The translations under genes and the position numbers were made by a program. Below are positions 38,911 to 57,499 of a stretch of 64,000 nucleotides of DNA, in pieces. Under the pieces are notes generated by a model. The model was not told the origin of the DNA. It did not search any database and saw only the letters and a list, made by a program, of their open reading frames with translations. The stretch is from the NCBI RefSeq assembly GCF_009914755.1, contig NC_060938.1; one strand, given 5' to 3'. This stretch comes from the human T2T-CHM13v2.0 reference genome, Homo sapiens. Positions within the stretch are counted from its first letter, which is position 1. Every line of letters starts with the position of its first letter.

Positions 38911-39099
38911 AACACAAAATTATAATTGCACGAAATGGAAAACATTAAAACATTTTGATATTTTATATAATGGAGATAAGTGTAGAGTTAAAGTGTTAAA
39001 ATGTGATTATAACACAAAATTATAATTGCACAAAATGGAAAACATTAAAACATTTTGATATTTTATATAATGGAGATAAGTGTAGAGTTAAAATGTGAT
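38911..39099. repeat. 100-bp tandem duplication
   Basis: aacacaaaattataattgcac…gtagagttaaa starts at both 38911 and 39011. Confidence 0.9.
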
Positions 39100-39390
39100 C
39101 TAGCAGCTGTGTTCCAAAATATTTACAACACCCATTCAAAAACTTATGCTCACACTAAATTTTCAGAGGAATTCTTTTATCAGGTTTATTAATTTGATTT
39201 GTTTTCCACTCCCTGAATTTTGCTTAGAGAACAAAAGTTGTATGGAAAATTTCCCACATAATTAGAGTCCATACACATTTCTATTTTCCTTTTTTCTGTA
39301 ATGAATTAACCTCGCTTTCTAAAAAAAGCCTTTAAAGCAAATAAAATCCCTGTCATCTCTCAAGCCTAGCACTGCTGCCACCTCCCTCAG

Positions 39391-39429
39391 GATTTCTGAC
39401 TCTCTCAGGATGTGGGTTTTCACACTGTG
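39391..39429 (-). promoter_or_regulatory. 23-RSS of IGHV1-14
   Basis: CACAGTG (39429-39423), 23-bp spacer, TCAGAAATC (VH1-type nonamer with one change). Confidence 0.88.
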
Positions 39430-39680
39430 TGTCTCGCACAGTAGTACACATCTATGTCCTCAGATCTCTGACTGCTCAGCTCCATGTAGGCTGTGCTCGT
39501 GGACGTGTCCCTGGTCATGGTGACTCTGCCCTGAAACTTCTGTGCATAGCCTGTGTTACCATTGCCAGAGTAGCTCCCTACCATCCATTCAAACCCTTAT
39601 CCAGGGGCCTGTCACACACAGTGAATGTCGTAGCTGGCGAAGGTGTATCCAGAGCTTTGCAGGAGACCTTCACTGAGGCC
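39430..39680 (-). pseudogene. IGHV1-14: IGHV1 pseudogene lacking promoter, leader and start of FR1; in-frame stops
   Basis: ASVKVSCK, frameshift, then [72 protein letters not shown]. Confidence 0.9.
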
Positions 39681-41027
39681 ATGGACGCTGGCAACAGGAG
39701 AGTCATCAGAAGCTGGGTGAGTCATATAATCAGGACAAACCTGTGCTCTCTTCTTCGGACCTGGAAAGAGTGGGCTGACCTTGTGTGGGGCAACAGAGGG
39801 GAGGAGACAGACCAAACATCCAGAACCAGGTGAGCACCTCACTTACCAGGTAGTCTCTGGGCCTTTTGTTTGAACACATGCAGAAGGACCTGTGCTCACC
39901 TTCAGGGAAATGGTGAACTTGGAGAAAAGATCACAGTGATCAATAATTTTTTACTTATCGAGAAAAAAGTGTCATAGGTCTGTATGCATCAATATGCGTG
40001 TGTACAGGTTGCTACACAAAAAAAAGGAAATTATATTAGCTGGAAAGAAAGCCAAAGAGCTTCTGAATGTGTAGGTGTTGTTATTCTCAAATATGCTAGC
40101 TCCCATTTTAGGATGCTGCTCCTTAGGGGCCAGGACACTGGGGCCGACAGAACATGCTGCAGAGGCTCAGTTCTGGACAAGAGCTACTGAGAACCAGAGA
40201 CTCACTTCTTCCACAGCCCCACTGATGGATGAAGGCTCTGCCCTGGGTGCAGCAGCACTGAGGACATTGGCCCCCTGGTTCCCAACCCTGCTTCTATGGA
40301 AGAAGGTCTACCCCAGCAGGAGCTGCATGCTGACAAAGTGGAAAGTTTCTCCCCAACCCTGCACTGAGCGCTCAGCAACTACATTGAAGAAGAAAAACAC
40401 TCCTAATCTCCACCTGCAGAATCTTATCTAGGAGCTCTCTCTCAGGAGCAGGGGTGAGGCTGAAATTTGGTCATAAAATAGAGTCCCGAATCTGGTCTTG
40501 AAGGACCTGACTTCCTTTACAACAGAGTGTGGAGAATTACAAAGCCCAAGAGTGCTTCAAAAACAGTGGAGGCTGTGGTAAAATGCACTTGGAAGGAGAT
40601 GGGTGGATGCATGGGAGATCCAGGCTAAACTTCAGGGCTGCTGGCCTGCAGGAGAGAACCAAGAAGAATGAGAGCTGGGAAGAGTTCTCCTGGGGTCAGT
40701 ACAAATGTCAGGCACTGTTTGTTCAAAGGCGCCCATGTTTGTTTGGTTCCATCTGCAGAGCAACTTAGACCTCAGTGCATTGTTGAAAATATAAACTTCC
40801 AACTGCAGGTAGTGGAGCTCAACATCTGGTCCTGGTCAGGGAAGAGCCAGAGAGAGCCCAGCCCAAGCCAGTGACATGCGAGGGTGACAGTGAAATCCAC
40901 GACTGTGTCTCTGGGGATCTTTCAGGCAGGCCTTCTGTCACTCAGAAGAAAGTCTGGAGTTCACCTGTAATGGTTTGTGTCAAATTTTCAAAGACGTCCA
41001 TGTTGTTTTTAGTTTCTAACACACACA

Positions 41028-41058
<31 letters not shown>

Positions 41059-41589
41059 CACAATGTTAAACATCTGAATACGTGTGTGAACATATGATTT
41101 TAATCCTTTGTAGGACATACTTAGGAGTGAGAGTTCTAGGTCATGGATTAAGGACATGTTTAATTTTATGGGAAACTGTAAATGATTTTCCCAGAAACGG
41201 TTTCATTTTGCATTCCCACTAGCAATATATTAGTCTCTAGGGTGACTGACTTCCTCACCAACTCTGATATTGTCAGTATTTCTTTTTTATTTTTTGTCTT
41301 TCTAGAAAGTCTATAGTAGTGTCTCCTTTTGGTCTTGATTTGCATTTCTCTGGTGGAAAATCACATTCCTATGCTGATGTGTCATCTGTACATCTTTGAG
41401 GTTTGCCGGTTCTTGTTATAATTACATTGGTAGATATATGACTTGCAAATATTTTTTCCTTTGCAGCTTGTCCTTAATTTTCTTGATAGTCACTTGAGTA
41501 GAAAATGTTTTAAAATTTGAAGTTCAACTAATATTATTTTCATTTATTGATCACAAATTTTAATTTTCAGTATTGTTTATCAACTGTTA

Positions 41590-42365
41590 ATCATTTTAAT
41601 TGTATTTGTTTTTATTTTATATGTATAAATTTATGGGGAGTGACTGCAATTTTGTTACATATATATATTGCATAGTAGTCTTGGCTTTAACATATCCATG
41701 ATCCAAATAATGTACATCATACCCATTAAGTAATTTCTCACCATTCTCCCACCTTTTGCTCTCCCATCTTTCTGAGTCTCCAATGTCCATCATTCCTTTC
41801 TCTATGTCCTTGTGCACATATGAGTTCACTCTCATTTATAAGTGAGAACATGTGGTGTATGATGTTCTGTTTCTCAATTATTATACTTAAAATAATGATG
41901 AATTCCATCCATGTAGCTGCAAAAGATATGATTGCATCCCTTAATATGGCTGGATAGTATTTAAATGTATATATATGTAACATTTTCTTTATAAAACTAT
42001 CTGTTGTTAGGCATAGGTTAATTCCTAAGTTTGATGACTGTGCTATTATGAATAGTTCTGCAGGAAAACAAAAGTCTGCTTATCATTCTGATATAATGAT
42101 TTATTTTTCCTTTAGGTAGTTATTTGTGGTTATCGAATCAAAGTAGTTCTACTTTTACTTCTTTGAAAAATCTCCATACTGTTTTCCATCGAGGCTGTGC
42201 TAATCTACATCCTCACCACAAGTGTCCAAGCGTTCCTTTTGCCTTCAATCCTCACCAATACCTGTTATTTTTGGCTCTTTAATAGTAGCTGTTCTGACTG
42301 GTTTAAGAAATATCACTGCAGTTTTAATTTGCATCTCCCTGATAATTAGTGCTGTTTAGCATTGT
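41590..42365 (-). mobile_element. L1MA/PB-type 3' end
   Basis: T-rich tail, L1 3'UTR and ORF2-end peptide (HHMFSLIN) on the minus strand. Confidence 0.7.
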
Positions 42366-42864
42366 TTACTTATCTACCATCCAGCATTTTCCCATGTATA
42401 TCAATACGTCAAGTGGTGTACCTTAAATACATACAATTTTATTTGTCAACTTTAGCTCCATAAAGCTGAAAATGTAAGTCTTATAATAAAAAAGCATACT
42501 TATATTTCTACATATTTTATCAATATGTGAGAATATAAACAGAAAAACTTGCACAAAAATAGTTATAACAGTTTGCTTATAATATTTATGTTGGAAACAA
42601 ATTTAAATTTCATCAACAGGAAAACAAATATACATATCGTCATTATTTCACATAATAAACTGATTTATTTACTTAATAAACTGTCATTTACTGATGTTAT
42701 GGATTGATTCAGATATGAAATATTCATATGTGTATTAGTACATACATATGTATATATACGATGACAAAACCTTGAGACATGAAATTACATAAATAAACCT
42801 AAAAAATAGCAAAAATAAGTTCAAAACAGAAAAAATCAATCTATAATGACAAAAATTAGAACAT

Positions 42865-45800
42865 TTTTCTATTTGCATTTTTCTGATGGTTAGTGATGAT
42901 GAGAATCTTTTAAAATATTGCTGGCCACCTGTAAGTCTTCTTTTCAGAAGTGTCTGTTCTTGTTATTTGCCCATTTATTAATGGGGTTATTTGTCTTTTG
43001 ATTCTTGATTTGTTTAAGTTTCCTATACATTCTTGATATGGTTTGATTGTGTCCCCACACAAATCTTATCATGAATTGCTGCTCCCATAATTACCATGTG
43101 TTGTGGGAGGGACCCCGTGGGAGATAATTGAATCATGGTGGGGGGGGGTCTTTCCCATGCTATTCTCATGATAGTGAATTAGTCTCATGAGATCTGATGA
43201 TTTGATAAAGGGGAGTTTCCCTGCATGAGTTCTCCTGTCTTGCTGATGATTTTATAAAGGGGAGTTTCCCTGCATGTCCTCTCTTCTCTTGTATGCCACC
43301 ATGTGATATGTGCCTTTCATGTTCTGCCATGATTTCGAGGCCTCCCCAGCAACGTGGAAGTGTGAGTCTATTCAACCTCTTTCTCTTGTAAATGCCCAGT
43401 CTCAGGTATGTCTTTATCAGCAGCATGAAAAGCAACTAATACGGTAAATTGGTATCAGTTGAGTGAAGTGCTTCTGATAAGATACCCAAAAGCATAAAAG
43501 CAAATTTGGAATTGGAAAACACGCTGAGGATGAAACAGTTTGGAGGGCTAAGAGGAAGACACAAAAAATGTGTGAAAGTTTGAAACTCTCTAGAGATTTG
43601 TTGAATGGCTTTGGCCAAAATGCCGATAATGATGTCAACAATAAAATCCAGGCTGAGGTGGCCTCAGATGGAGACAAGGAACTTGTTGGGAACTGGAGCA
43701 AAGGTGACTCTAGTTAGGCTTTAGCAAAGAGACTGGTGGCATTTTGCCTCTGCCTTAGAGATTTGTGGAACTTTGAGCTTGAGAGAGATGATACCAGGTA
43801 TCTGGCAGTAAAAAATTCTAAGCAACAAAGTATTCAAGGTGTGACTTGGGTGCTGTTAAACACACTCAGTTTTAAAAAGGAGGTAGAACATAAAAGTTCA
43901 GAAAATTTGCAGCCCGACAATGCAATAGAAAATAAAATCCCATTTGGTTAGGATAAATTCAAACCAGCTGCGTAAATTTACATAAGTAACGAGGACCCAA
44001 ATGTTGGTCACCAAGACAATGCAGAAAATGTTCCAGGGCATGTCAGAGACCTTTGTGGAAGGTTCTCCCATCATAAGCCAGAGACCTAGGAGGAAAAAAT
44101 TGTTTCATGGGCTGGGCTCAGGGTCCCTCTGCTGTGTGCAGTCTAGGGACTTGCTTCCTTGCATCAGAGCTGCTCCAGCCATGATTAAAAGGGGCCAAGG
44201 TACATATAACTCAGGCTGTGGCTTCAGGGGGTGAAAGCCCCGAGCCTTAGCATCTTCCATTTTGTGTTGAGCCTGCAAGTGCACAGAAGTCAAGAATTGA
44301 GGTTTAATAACCTCTGCCCAGATTTCGGAGGATGTATGTAAATGCCTGGATGTCCAGGCAGAAGGTGGCTGCAGGGAGGGGCCCACATGGGAACCTCTGT
44401 TAGGGGCAGCGAGGAAAGAAAATGTGGGGTGGGTGCTTTCACACAGAGTCCCCACTGGTGCATTGCCTAGTGAAGCTATGATTAGAAGGCCGCAGTTATT
44501 CAGACCCCAGAATAGTAGATCCACCAACAGCTTGCACCATGCACCTAGAAAAGCCATGGACACTCAGAGCAAGCCGGTGAAAACAGCTGGGTGAAAGACT
44601 GTACCCTGCAAAGCCAGAGGCACATAGCTGCCCAAGACCATGGGAACCCAACACTTACATCAGCATGACCTGGATGTGAGACATGGAGTCAAAATAGATC
44701 TTTTTTGAGCTTTAAGATTTAACTGTCCCACTGGATTTTGGACTTGTACGGGGCCTTTAGCCTCTGTGTTTTGGCCAACTTCTCCCATTTGGAATTGCTC
44801 TATTTACCCAATACCTGTACTCCCATTGTGTCTAGGAAGTAATTAACTTACTTTTGATTTTACAGGCTCATAGGCAGAAGGGACTTGCTTTGTCTCAGAT
44901 GAGGCCTTGGAATGCGGACATTTCAGTTAATGCTGAAATAAGAATTTGGGACTGTTGGGAAGGCAGGATCCATTTTGAAATGTGAGTACATGAGATTTAG
45001 GAGGAGCCAGGGGCAGAATGATATGATTTGACTGTGTCCCCACCCAATTCTCATCTTAATTGGAGCTTCAGTAATTTCCTAATGTTGTGGAATAAACCCC
45101 CTGTGAGATAATTAAATCATGGGGGTGGGTCTTTCCCATGCTATTCTCTTGAGAGTGAATGTCTCATAAAATCTGATAGTTTTATAAAGGGGGATTTTCC
45201 TGCACAAGTTCTCTTTTCTTGTCTGCTGCCATATGAGACGTGCCTTTCACATTCCACCATGACTGTGAGGCCTCTCCAGCCTTGTGGAACTGTGGATCAA
45301 ACCTCTTCTTCTTCTTTTTTGATAAATTTCCTAATATCGGGTATGTCTTTATTAGCAGCATGAAAACCAGCTAATACAATTCTGGATATTAGGGCATTGT
45401 TGGATGCAATATTTGTGAATAACTTCCCACATTCTGTAGGTTGTCTGCTTACTATGCTGATAGTTTTGTTTGTTTATTTGTTTGTTTGGTTGATTAGCTG
45501 GTTGGTTTGCTGTGTAGTAACTCTTTAGCAAATTAGTCTCTCCTTATCTATTTTTGTTTTTGTTGCAATTGCTTTTGCATACTTAGCCAAAAAGTATTTG
45601 TCAAAGCTGGTGTCGAGAAGAGTATTTTCACGTTGTCTTCAAGGATTGTTATAGTTTGATGTCTTACATTTAAATCTTTTATCAATTTTGAGTTAATTTT
45701 TATATATGTTGAAAGCAGACATCCAGTTTCAATCTTTGTCGTGTGGCCAGCTAGTTGTCCCAGCACCATTTATGGAACAGGGAATTCCTTTCTCATTTCT

Positions 45801-46510
45801 TGTTTTTTTGTCAGCCTTATCAAAGATCATATGGTTGTAGGTGTGCAGCCTCACACCACTCAAATTTTTATCACTAAAAAGTCAAAAACCAATGGATACT
45901 GATGGGGCTGTGGTGAAAAGAAAGCACTTACACACTGTTAATGGGAATATAAATTAGTCCACCCACTTTGGAAAGCAGACTGGAGATTTCTCAAAAAACT
46001 TAAAATGGAGATATTATATGAACCAGCTATCCTATTACAGGGTATACACTACAAGGTAAACAAATAATTCTACCAAAGAGACACATGCATGTGTATGTTT
46101 ATTGCTGTGTTATTCACAGTGGCAAAGACAAAGATCAGCCCAGATGCACATCAATGGTAGAGTGGATATATAAAATGTGTTACATGTAAAATATATAATA
46201 CTACACAGCCATAAAAAAGAATGAAATCATGTCCTTTGCAGCAAAACAAATGGAGCTGGAGTTCTTAATCCTAAACAAATTAATTCAGGAAAATAAAACT
46301 GAACACCACATATTCTTGTAAGTGGGACCTCAGCATTGAGCACACATAGACATAAATATGGGAGCAACAGACACTGTGGACTGCTAGACCATGGAGGGAG
46401 GGGGTGAAGAAATCTGTATTCCAAACCTCAGCATCACTCAGTAATCCCATGTAACAAATCCACACATGAACCCTCTGTATCTAAATTATAAAGTTGAAAT
46501 AAAAAAAAAT
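42865..46510 (+). mobile_element. L1 with a 5' inversion (antisense 42865-45850, sense 45851-46510 with poly-A), later interrupted by THE1
   Basis: The left end of the antisense part (…cagaaaaatgcaaat) lies about 20 nt upstream of the start of the sense part (cacacca…aaaaagtcaaaaa) in the L1 consensus. Confidence 0.7.
43034..45378 (+). mobile_element. Complete THE1 MaLR element (LTR 43034-43443, internal region, LTR 45019-45378)
   Basis: Two tgatatg…ctaatac LTRs flanking THE1 internal sequence; perfect 5-bp TSD ATTCT (43029-43033 and 45379-45383). Confidence 0.93.
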
Positions 46511-47084
46511 CCTTATGTGAGAACTAACTGGAAGCACTAAGAGGACACTTTGTGGGGAGATGGACCTCACCTGTTCCTCACCCTCACTTAGCTGCTGTAG
46601 ACAAGTATGTGCACATTTGCCTGAAACCCTCTAACTGTACCTGGAGAATCTGTGCATTTTTGTATATGCTAATTTTATCTCACAAAAATGGAAAACAGAC
46701 AATTGTAGAAAAATATTTTATATTAAAATTAAAATCTTAGTAAAATAAATATGAAAATTCAAATACAAAATGAGAATGTGATTGTTACAATAATTATTAT
46801 GCATTTAGGATATAATTATATGTTACAATAATTATGTTACAATAATTATTATGCAATTAGGAATGTTTATTTCTTGAAAGTATATACTTAAAAATATAAT
46901 AATATGTAGAATGTTAATAATTACTAAAATTTAAGTATTAATGATAAAATTCATAATAAATATAAGTAACAAAATATCACAGCCTAGAAGACTCCAGAGT
47001 CCTGCGAAGATAAACCTGACTTTTCCAGCTGAGGAGAAAGGAAACCTCTCCCGGCACCTGCTCCTGGGACCTGTCCCGCCCTCA

Positions 47085-47631
<547 letters not shown>

Positions 47632-47757
47632 GGTGAGTCCTCTGTGTTCAGTCCTGATCACTGAATGAAAACACTTGGGAATCCCAAGGCTGGGGCTCCT
47701 CTCCCAGAGCTGCAGGGTCAGGACTGGGCTGGTTTTCATCAGGAGAGGGAGGGCCCT

Positions 47758-47765
47758 ATTTGCAT
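47758..47765 (-). promoter_or_regulatory. VH promoter octamer (IGHV3-15)
   Basis: ATGCAAAT at the conserved position. Confidence 0.93.
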
Positions 47766-50700
47766 GTCACCTACTATATAGCAAGCTCTGGGGTGGGATG
47801 CCTGAACAGAGGGCAGGGCCCAGATAAGGTAATGATGCCCTGCAGGAATCTAATGACAATGATGCTGTTTGGAAAACTTGCTGTCTTGTTATGAAATTGT
47901 GCTGTGATAAACACTTTGCACTAATCACTCTCTTACATTTTTACATATTTGTGTAAATCATATTTTTAGGGGTCAATGGTTTCTCAATTTACAGATGGGG
48001 AAGTAAACCCATGCGTGGAGGGGCTTTGTATGTATCTAAGAGCTCATACCTGAGGTTAGTGAGCCCCAGTATCTAGGCCTGTGCTCCTCATCCACTGGCC
48101 CTATATTACTCCCTAACCCAACTCCAGGACAGAGCTGAGCATGCCTAGTGTGGTTTGTGAAACCCACTTTCTGTATTGAGAGCATGTGTAATTTTGCTGC
48201 ATTCTAGCATTCACCTAAAAATATGGTGAGAACTAGGGTTCACGAAGATAAATTATTAGGTGTTTCTGAAATTTAATATTTTTTCTATCTTTATGTCACT
48301 TATTTCTTGTGCAAGTTTTCATTTGTTTGCTGGTAATAAATTTTATAAATTTCAGTTTACTGATAATAAACTTCACATATTTAAAGTGTACAATTGATAA
48401 ACCTGATGTAACCATCCTAGTTACCAAGGTGAACCAGAAAATTCACAAAATTTCCCTCTCATTCTTCTATATTCCTCCTCCTTTCCTCTTCCCTTCTTCT
48501 ACCATTTCCCCAAATGGTAAATTCTGTTCTTCTTTATATTGCTGTAGATTCAATTTAATTTATCAGAGTTTATTAAAATGGAATAACATAGTACATATTC
48601 TTATTCATTTGCTTTATTTTCCTGAACATCAATACTTAGATATTTTACCTTGTTGTTATATTACTTAAGTAAGTTCAGTTTTTATTTTCCAGAATTTATA
48701 TAAATGAAATTATATGGTAAATCTTCTCATTTGTCTGGTTTATTTTACTCAGCAAAAATACTTAGATATTTTACCTTCTTGTTGCATGTATCAGACAATT
48801 ATTTATTATAAATGTTGTGTAGTATTCCATTGAACAAATTTACCATAATTTGATTTTCTGTTAAGCAGCTTAACAATGTTCAAATTATTTTATTACTCTG
48901 GTAGTACTAAAAATCTACTACTCGACTTGAAAATGTACATAAATGAGGGATATATATTCTTTATTTCTTACAACTACATCAACAATAACAGATAAACAGT
49001 CAAGATGAAATTTTGCAAATTTCTGAATGCTTAGGATAACTGAAGTTAAAAAAAATCTTAAATTTAACAAGAAGCAAGTTCTTGTAGAGAGTAACAAAGC
49101 CAGCATATGAGATTACCTAAGGCAGAGTCTGGCATATGAAATATAGTCTGTTAAAGATAAAAATACAAATATATATGGGATTGCTTGAAACTGAATATGG
49201 TAAGCTTGTTGTAGTTTGAAATTCTAAGGGACCACATACTGAAGAGCTTTTCTATCCTCTTGAATCCCTTTCCCCAAAAAAGGGGCAGTCACAAAATCTT
49301 CCTTTCCCAAAGTGTCTGTCTGGGAGAGAACAAGAGCCCCCATTTTTGAAAGGCATTCAGACTCGACTCCCTTATATCCACTACAGAACCAAAAATTACT
49401 TTGCAGGGGAACCACCAAAACCAGTACCCTAGGGGCACTGGTGCAACCCCTCAGGAATTGAGATGGGAACAGAGGTCACTGCCACGAAGTTCTGTTGAGA
49501 CATAACTCTCCTTCTTATGGAATCAGAGCTTTAGTCTGCAGGGCAGGGCAGCAGATCTGGGAGGTGATGACACTGATGCGGAACACTGGAGCTGTGGGAG
49601 GGAACACCTGGGGGAAACAGGGTGGTTCTACCCCAGTGAAAGGGACAAGAACACACAGATGAGCATCTCCTCTGGAGGAGGGTCAGGAACACTCAGAAGG
49701 TCACACCCAGACTTACGGGCACAATGCCTTTCTAGGAATATGGACCAAGATGAGGTCAGAGACTCTTCCTTTAGTGTAAGGGCTTCCACTAATTTATCAA
49801 TTGTCAGTTACATGTAACAGAGGAATGCACCTGTGGGAGCTGAAAGAGATTCTCTGGAGGATGGAACAAGGAGAAGAGACACAGTCACGCAGCAAAGAAA
49901 AACAAGATATCGCTGGAGCATCTATAGTCTCTGGTGGACATAGAAGAACAGACTTCAATTAGTTGTTGAAACCTTTATATCAGTCTTTACTAATTTATAT
50001 GCTAAAATAGTCGGCCTCATCAATGGAGTCTTCTTATCCCCATCAGGGATGAGTGTCCATGTGGGCACGTGGTGCAGTTCTAGTCATGGGGGCAGGGGAG
50101 GTGGTCTGTTGAGGTGTTCCTGGTCCTTCAGAGGAGAATTGCAGAACTGTCTCTGCCCCTTTTCCAGCCAATATATAAAATACGTATGTGACCATGGGAA
50201 TATTGTCACCATGTCACTGCATTATGGGAGTCACCTGGGGGGTGAAGCTGACTTTCTGGATGCATCAGTGTGGAAAATTGAGAAAAGAAACTTCCTGGGT
50301 ACATGAGTTGTCAAATTATTCAATCCTGGAGCCACTCACATCCAGAGGCTTCCTGTTTCATCAGGTTGTGATTTTCCTCATTGTTTAGTCGGCCTAGGCT
50401 GTCTTTCTTCACTCTCTGCTAAAATAGTCACACATAATATCTAGAAGCATTAAGATTAATAAGTAACTAATTTGAAAATTAGAACAAGTCCCAAGTGAAG
50501 TCAAAGTTACTGTGTGGTTGACAGGAAACATGGCTGGATACTAAGAGTGTGTTCACATCTGTTTTATGTAGATTAGCAATATATTTTGTATATCCCTTAG
50601 GTAATACTTTCATTGAGACTCCTGATTTAACACTATTTCTTGATGAATAACATGTAAATCATAAAGGTGGAGGTTATTACCTAATAATTCATATTACTGG

Positions 50701-52058
50701 TACAAACTTTCACCTAGGATATATTCCTATACCTGATGTAAAATCAGCCCAGAATGGAGAAGTTACTTCACTTATTAGAGCTTGTCAATTAACTAAAAAC
50801 CAGGATTAAATACAGATGTTCTACATTAGTGTGTAATTTTAAAATGTGTTGCAAGCAGAGGAGGTTCTTACGTCTCCTGGAAGCCCCATCAAAATGGACA
50901 AAAAAAGACACTTTTAAATAAATTCCTACATTATAGAGACCTGACATATGAATTCGAAACCAAATGCCAACAAAGGAGAAAACAAACAAATAAAACAACT
51001 AGTATGGAAGCTAGAATAACGTGATGCACCATGACACCAAATATTCAGTCTTAACGTGGTTTTTAATATTATGTAAACATGGAAGGTATTGCCATTGTTC
51101 ATACGATACAGAATCAATGGCACTCACAATCATCTGAGTATGTTGAAAAATGGCATCTTTAAATAAAAATTATGAAAACTTCAATAAAATATTGAACTCT
51201 CTTCACCAAGGGTTATACCATTAGCACTATGGCGTGATGGTTTCCTCCCTCAGCACACATCAGTTATTACCCTACGACTTGGTAGCTGGAAGATTCACAC
51301 TTTCGAGATTTTACCCTCATCACATACCTTTGTCCTATTGCATGCATGTGTTACAAATATTGAAAATGATTTTTGTGTTGTACGCACTCCAATGACTAAA
51401 AATTTAAAGTTGCCTTTTTACCACATCTTTTAACGGCATTTTGTGATATCCGACCATGAAGTTATGTCTATTGTGTGTCTTTTATCACACAATGTGAATC
51501 TAGTTAGGAATTGCGGGAGCTTCCTCATTTGACACCAGTGGGTGTTTCGCACTGTACAATCCCCTTCCTGTGCGTGGGAAGCCTCACTCTGACCCACGAC
51601 GAAACCATCACAAAAACCCTGAGCCAGTCTGCTTTCTGGCTCTATCGAGCCATTTTGGGTGTTCCTGAGAGACCAGCACTAATCTCGGCAGAGAGTTCAA
51701 GAGGTAATTAACCTTTCCATATTCACATCGGGGGAGTATGCAGCACCCACAGATGTGACATCCACATGATATTTTAGTTGAGATCCCTTTGCCTTTTTGA
51801 GGTTTCAACTAGAACTGACGCTGTGAGCTTGTTGTCATGGCTCCCAAACACAGGACCCACCTGTTCCCTGAACCAGCTCCAGGACAGAGCTGGACATGCC
51901 TGGTGTGGTTTGATAAACCCCCCTTTTTAATAAAATCATGACATTATTTTGCTGTATTCTAGTGTTTCCCTAAAAATATAGGTAGACCCAGTGTGTATTC
52001 ATGTGTATATTCAGGAGTCTCTGATTTCTCATATATATTTAATGGAATATGTAATCCT

Positions 52059-55940
<3,882 letters not shown>

Positions 55941-57043
55941 TCTATAATTCTGTGTTGAGAAATTTAAAATTTATTTAGTTTGATGGTTGAATCCTTATGC
56001 CATCGTTCTGAGATTTTCTTTTTTATTTCTCATATATTTTATCCATCTCTAACTCCTTTTCTACCAAATTATATATGTTTAAATTTGTAGTATTTTAAGA
56101 AGTCGAAATTAGAAAGTAATAATCTTCACTTAATGTGTACAATTTGACAAATAATGACATAACCATAACCTTTCTCAATACAGAAAAAATTATCCTCAAA
56201 ATTTCCTCTCGTTGTCCTGTAATTTCCACTTCCTACACCTTCCCTTCTCATACCATGTCCACGGCCAACTACTGGTTTTCATTATGTAACTTTAGATTAG
56301 TTTTCATTTTATAAAATTTATAAAAGTGGAACTGTATGTATGTACTTGTATTTCTTTGGCTTATGTTACTCTTCATAAGTACTTGTGAATTTACCCTTGT
56401 TGAGCATTTCCAGCCGTACTTGTTTGAACAGTGGGTATTATTCAAGTGAACGAATTTAGAACAAAGTGTTTACTGCTTAACCTGCTGATCAATATTTGGA
56501 TTGCTTTCAGTATCTGGGTATTATAAATAAAGGTGCTACTCAGCTTAGAGAACTACACAGTTGAGAAAGACAATGTTCTTATTCCTACATCAACATGAAC
56601 AGCAGTTAAACTGAAAAAGCTGCACTTCAGTAAATTTTCTTCAACGCATCAGGTAATTAAAGTTGTAGAACTCTTTGTGGGTGTCAGTTTGTGTGTGAGA
56701 GAGGAGGGAGGAAGGGACACAGAAAAAGTGAGAGATCCTACATAATTAACCATAACTTATGAGGTGCTCAAATACATACAGGGACTTCGTCCTAATGGAC
56801 AAGGTCCACATAAGATGGAAAGGACAACTTGGTGCACCTACGTATGGCTATATATTTATATAAATATCATTGTCTAATAATAAAATAATATACATTAGAA
56901 TAAATATAGTGGAGAGTAAAATATGACAGTGATGAAAAACCCCACCTCCAGCACCTTTTTTCCCCTCTTGCACCTGCCTTGATGTGTCCTGAGAGCCCTT
57001 GGTGTCTGAGCACCCCCTGGTGTCCTGAGCTTCCCTGCAGGGA

Positions 57044-57349
57044 GGTTTGTGTCTGGCCTCACAATGACCTCCCCTTCTGTGTCTTTTGTATAAAAATCCA
57101 TGGTGGTTTACTCATTGTGCGGGTAGCTCAGCTGTAGGAAAAACTGTTTTCTGAATGTGGATCTGGAGGTGGTGACTGGACTCTTGAGAAGCGGGTTGCA
57201 CTGTGTGTTTCCTCGTGACCTACACACCTGACCCACTTCAGCTTCTTCCCTGGGGGCTGGCAGATACAGCTCCAGGAGGAAGTACTGGTTATGATTGGAA
57301 ATCCAGAGACAGCACAGGTGAAGGAGAGGGTCTCTGAGGGCTTTACTAG
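57044..57349 (-). pseudogene. IGHV(II)-15-1: Clan II VH pseudogene, 5'-truncated, degenerate RSS
   Basis: [40 protein letters not shown]…[24 protein letters not shown]; RSS CACAGAA, 22-bp spacer, ACACAAACC; CTCF-like gcaccccctggtgt at 57010-57023. Name assigned from position. Confidence 0.85.
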
Positions 57350-57499
57350 AACATGAGTGCACTGAAAAACACAATTTTTTTCATAGGCAGGATCTGAATG
57401 ACATTTTGATGAGGACGATCCTGGGCTAGAAGCATCAATAACAAGGTTGACATCAGTGTAAGGTTGGATAGGCAGTTGCTGTGCAGATATTTTCACAGA

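Noticed and set aside
42871-42878. Additional ATGCAAAT octamers inside L1 sequence
   Set aside because: Part of the L1 consensus (gaaatgcaaatcaaaacc), not VH promoters.
57199-57205. Internal perfect heptamer CACAGTG in IGHV(II)-15-1
   Set aside because: No credible nonamer at 12 or 23 bp.
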